The notes under the pieces: generated by a model
The model's input: the letters and a program-made list of their open reading frames with translations, nothing else
Told to the model about the DNA's origin: nothing
Databases searched by the model: none
Made by a program: the position numbers and the translations under genes
Shown: positions 59,877 to 64,000 of the stretch, piece after piece
Numbering within the stretch: the first letter of the stretch is position 1
How the letters are laid out: every line of letters begins with the position of its first letter
NCBI GenBank assembly: GCA_002269645.1
Contig: NIVC01000051.1
Span: forward strand, 682,001 to 746,000
Origin: Macrostomum lignano
Taxonomy: Eukaryota
Direction of reading: 5' to 3'
Length of the DNA stretch: 64,000 nucleotides

Positions 59877-62048
59877 ACCGCTACAGTGCAAATCGGTGTT
59901 TTAATATACGACGCTCGGATGCTTTTAACTGATATTTCACGAGTGACACGAGCCTGGCGGCTGAAGAAAGCTAGTGGCCGCCAGGCCTCGCCGACACGCT
60001 GCTCCAGAACCGCCCCGATGGCGGTGTCCGAGGCGTCGACCGTCAGCGCCTTTGGGGCTCCGGGTGTCAGCCAGGGCCTGCTTCGTGCTGTTGAAGGCGT
60101 CCGTCAGCTCCGGTGTCCACTGAACGATCTTGTCCTTGCTGGCCAGGGCGCCATAGATGGGGCGCAGCAACTGGGCGGCCCGCGGCACGAACCGGTGATA
60201 GAAGTTCACCATGCCGGCGAACTCTTGCAGGCCCTTGACGGTCGCGGGCGGTGCGAATCGGGCGGTGGCTTCGACTTTGTCTGGCAGCGGCACGGCGCCC
60301 CGGCTGTTGATGCGGTGGCCCAGAAAGTCGATTTCACTGCGGCCAAACTGGCACTTGGCTGGATTGACGAGGAGGCCGTTGTCTGCCAGGCGCTGGAACA
60401 ACGTGCGCAGGTGCTCCAGATGCTGCTGAGGGCCGCTGCTCGCCACTAGGAAGTCGTCGATATAGGCAAACACGAAGTCCAGGCCCTGGCAGACCGTGTC
60501 AATCAGCCGTTGGAAGGCCTGGGCGGCGTTTTTGAGTCCGAATGGCATCCGGAGAAACTCGAACAGGCCGAATGGCGTTATGACGGCCGTCTTGGCCATG
60601 TCGGCCTCGGCAACCGGGATCTGGTGGTAGCCCCGCACCAGGTCGATCTTGGAGAAAATGTTGCACCCGGACAGCCGCGCAGAAAAGTCCTAGATGTGCG
60701 GCACCGGGTAGCGGTCGGGCACCGTGGCGTCGTTGAGCCGCCGGAAATCGCCACAGGGCCGCCAACCCCCGGAGGCCTTTGGCACCATGTGCAGTGGCGA
60801 CGACCAGGGGCTGCAGGACCGCCGCACGATGCCCAGCTGCTCCAGGTTGCAGAATTCCTCCTTGGCCACCACCAGCTTGTCAGGCGGCAGGCGGCGCGCC
60901 CGGGCGTGGACGGGGGGCCCGTCGTAGGAATATGATGTTGGACCCCGTGGAGCGGCCGGGCTTTCTGGAAACTCGGCTCTGTCAGCGTCGGGAACTCCGC
61001 GAGCAGCTGGCTGTACGGGTCCCCAGCGACAGCGGCGGCAAGCTGCGGGGCCGGGCCGGACCCGAGCAGCAGGACAGCGAGCTAGTGTCGAGCAGACGGC
61101 GGTTTGGCATGTCCACCAGGAGGCCGTGGTACCGCAGGAAGTCTGCGCCGATCAACGAAGGATGAACGGCCAGGTGCAGGTCTTGACGCCGAGGTCGGGC
61201 GTTAGCGTCCGGCTGCCGAACGTCCGGTTTGGGCTTCCGTTGGCCGCGAAAAGCGGCGGGCCGGGTGTGTGCGAGCGGGCGTCTGCCCCCGAGACAGGAA
61301 AAATGCTCACTTCAGCGCCGGTGTCGACCAGCTTTTCAGCGTTCACTGACGGCCGGCCGGCCCGTTTCCCGAGAACTGGCAGGGCGGCTCGCAACGCCGG
61401 GCCTTGGCGCCGAACTTCCGGTGGAAGAAACAGATGGGGCCGTCGGCCTCCCTCGGCTGGTGCTGCTGCGGCTTGGCGCGAGCGGGGCGGGCGGTGGCAG
61501 CAACTACCGGCGGGTGCTCTGGCGGCAGGGTGGCGGTGGCCACGGGCTGTGCCCGGCTCGCCCAGAGTCGCGCAACGTCGCGCGGGTCTGCGAAATCCGC
61601 GGAAACGAATACTATGCGAATGTGGGCCGGCATCTGCTGGCGGAAAAGCTCCTCAAAGAGCATGCAGGGCCGGTGGTTGCCGAGCAGGGCCAGCATCTCG
61701 TCCATGAGCTCGGACGGGCGGCGGTCACCGAGGCCGGCCAGGTTGAGCAGCCGGCTGGCACGCTGTTGCTGCGTCAGGCCGAAGGAGGTGGGCCTTGAGA
61801 TCGTCGTACTTGTTCTCAGCCGGCGGTGTCTCAAGCACGTCCAGCAGGCACTCGTCTGACTGCTGGTCCAGCGCAGCCACGAGGTGAAAGTATTTGATAG
61901 CATCTTGCGTGATGTTGCGGAGGACGAATTGCGCCTCTGCCTGGATGAACCAGGCGCGAGGCTGGCTGGCCCAGAACGTGGGCAGCTTGAGGGCCACCGC
62001 AGACTCAGTTGACATACTGAGGAGTTATTCTCAAACAGGCGGTTGAGA

Positions 62049-62061
62049 GTCGGGCTCACCA
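62049..62061 (-). promoter_or_regulatory. Primer-binding site, tRNA-Trp-like
   Basis: TGGTGAGCCCGAC lies 1 nt after the LTR and differs by 1 nt from TGGTGACCCCGAC, the tRNA-Trp PBS typical of the CsRn1 clade. Confidence 0.75.
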
Positions 62062-62062
62062 G

Positions 62063-62262
62063 TGTGGCGAGTTGAGCCACGTAAAGTTTATTTGAAGTAG
62101 CAGGGTGGAGGCGCGCGAGACAAAGGTCTAAAGTTATATAGGCCAGCGGTGTACACTGGGCAGCCAATCAACGCACAGCGACCGTGCACATAGCGCCGGG
62201 CTTCCCGGCCGGGGTTGGGGTGGCTGCCGGAGCGCGCACGCGCGTGTGGCGTGACCTCCACA
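62063..62262 (-). repeat. 5' LTR (200 bp) of the Gypsy element
   Basis: On the minus strand it begins TGTGG and ends CCACA, and contains TATATAA and AATAAA. Confidence 0.85.
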
Positions 62263-62569
62263 GCAGCAAATTTGTTGCACCAAACTTATGATTGCGCCAT
62301 TATCGTAAAGAATAGTGTCATGCAGTTCCAACTATTGTAAGCTTTAATTAGTCACCAAAGTTGAGTTAAGATTGCAACCAATGAAATTTTATCTACATTT
62401 TTTGTTGATGACTGAACTTTATCCCCACTTTTGAGCACACGCATCTTTTCCTTGCCTGTATTTTGAATAATTTAGTCAGTTTCAATTCAAACCTAATTAA
62501 AATCAAATGGATAAAACTTTTATCGAAAAATTGTTACAATGGGAGCAGTGCACCAAGCCGTCCATTGGA

Positions 62570-62905
62570 GTCGTCCAGCAGCCCGCCAACGTCCAGCAGC
62601 CCACCAACGTCCAGCAGCCCGCCAACGTCCAGCAGCCCACCAACGTCCAGCAGCCCACCAACGTCCAGCAGCCCACCAACGTCCAGCAGCCCGCCAACGT
62701 CCAGCAGCCCACCAACGTCCAGCAGCCCACCAACGTCCAGCAGCCCACCAACGTCCAGCAGCCCGCCAACGTCCAGCAGCCCGCCAACGTCCAGCAGCAC
62801 GTCAACGTCCAGCAGCCCGCCAACGTCCAGCAGCACGTCAACGTCCAGCAGCACATCAACGTCCAGCAGCCCGCCAACGTCCAGCAGCACGTCAACGTCC
62901 AGCAG
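62570..62905. repeat. 18-bp tandem repeat (CCAACGTCCAGCAGCCCG/A), ~18 copies
   Basis: Directly visible; in frame it reads QQP(A/T)NV in ORF 62507-62983. Confidence 0.95.
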
Positions 62906-63574
62906 TTGAAGAGAACGCGGGCCGGGCAAGAGTGTATCTGCCCGTTTGGCAACTGCTTGCCAATCAAAGAGTCACGGTATTAATAGGGCATATTAAAAGG
63001 GCTCATTCGCCTGTGCTGATAAGTACAAAGGAAAAGCCGGCAGCAGCTGTACAGCTACCGGCAGATGCCTGGCAAACAAAAGCTCTGCAAGCTCTGCGTG
63101 GGGCAATAAAGCTGCACACGCACCAAATGACTGCTGGCCCTGTAGAGAGCGAAGTCGAGAGTGAGAGTTATGCGTTGTGTGTAGCCGAAAAACCTCAAAT
63201 CATTGTAGGCTCTGTGCGATCGATTTATATATTTAGCAGCGACCCTGCAACTGAAAATGCGTACACTAAAAACAGAAAACCAATCATATTGGATGTACAT
63301 CGCATATGCACACCAGGAGTAAAAACAAATATCATGCCAGCCCTAGCCAGCAGGCGCCTGCGACAATCTGACGTCTGTGGAGAGTGGCGAAACAATTCCA
63401 ATCTGTGTAGAGTATTATACCTCCCAGAAAAGCTATTTAAAATTGTTAACGTACTACTTATATAGTAGTAAAATGAGGAGCATGTATAAGGATATGCGCT
63501 GAACCATACATACTCGTATATTTGAATCAACCAATAGAAAGAGAGAAATCTCGAGCATGCTAATTTTAGAAATC

Positions 63575-64000
63575 ACCCAATCACGTGTGACCCGCGCTTG
63601 TCAGCTCAAACCCTAGGTGAGATGCATCATTCAGCATGCACTCAAGTGAACCAATCAAATGTAACTAAAAATAACTCAAATGCGGTAACCAATCATGTCT
63701 TTTTTGCACTAAACCAATGGAGTAACTTTCTAACCCGTCATGTTTGACAGCAAGCAAACCGTGACCCTTTGACAGTTGAGAAGTCGAACTCACGTGACCT
63801 CATGTGGGGTCTATAAATAGAAGTGGTCCGGAGCGGACCGGAGCCTCAGATTTTGGACTCCAGAAGGAGCAGCTCCGAGGAGGAAGCCACTAGAGGACTT
63901 CCTAGCTAAACTCGCTCGAGTTCTTGCGGTAAGCCTTTCTCATTTGCGCCCGTTGGTTGAGACGTCTCACTTGTGTTGAGTTAGAGTCTGTTGAGACTCT
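63575..64000 (+). mobile_element. LTR/pseudo-LTR-like promoter element (4 CCAAT boxes, TATAAATA at 63812), truncated by the window end
   Basis: CCAAT near 63578, 63651, 63689 and 63714; TATA box; blocks shared with 45370-45600. Confidence 0.55.

Larger units (their letters stand above)
59955..62262 (-). mobile_element. Decayed, 3'-truncated Ty3/Gypsy LTR retrotransposon (CsRn1-like): 5' LTR, gag, protease, RT and start of RNase H; no integrase or 3' LTR
   Basis: Gag VALKLPTFWASQPRAWFIQAEAQF and CHCC knuckle ICFFHRKFGAKARRCEPPC; protease LVDTGAEVSIFP; [14 protein letters not shown]...[48 protein letters not shown]; RNase H TVDASDTAIGAVLEQ. Contains an in-frame TAG at 60690-60692 and several frameshifts. 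Confidence 0.95.

Noticed and set aside
59856-61859. Plus-strand ORFs over the retrotransposon
   Set aside because: Antisense shadows of GC-rich gag/pol coding sequence.

Overview
Eukaryotic (metazoan) genomic DNA. GC-rich exons, GT-AG introns packed with minisatellites, and the gene set resemble the flatworm Macrostomum; this is an inference and was not verified. The left half holds intron-rich housekeeping-type genes: a TTC28-like TPR-CHAT gene (16 exons reconstructed in consistent phase, running off the left edge), a C11orf65/MFI homolog, an M16-family MPP-beta/complex III core-1 gene whose third Zn ligand is E>Q, a Gfo/Idh/MocA oxidoreductase and a single-BIR IAP-like ORF. The right half holds a cluster of five secreted, immune-type lectin-like genes: three signal peptide + PAN-like + fibrinogen-domain (FReD) paralogs and two intronless signal peptide + PAN-like + LamG/pentraxin paralogs. 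Also present are a decayed, truncated CsRn1-type Gypsy retrotransposon, hAT/MITE elements, SINEs and about 30 tandem arrays. The best candidate for an undescribed system is that cluster. In both unrelated families the central or N-terminal part of each gene (including the FReD introns) is nearly identical between copies, while the C-terminal ligand-binding part is strongly diverged. All three FReD copies carry the same 20-bp minisatellite in intron 1. A second theme is that almost every larger intron carries its own minisatellite, often made of splice-signal-like or TF-site-like words. There are no prokaryotic features, CRISPR arrays, rRNA or clear tRNA genes. All exon models and alignments were read by eye, so coordinates of repeats are approximate.
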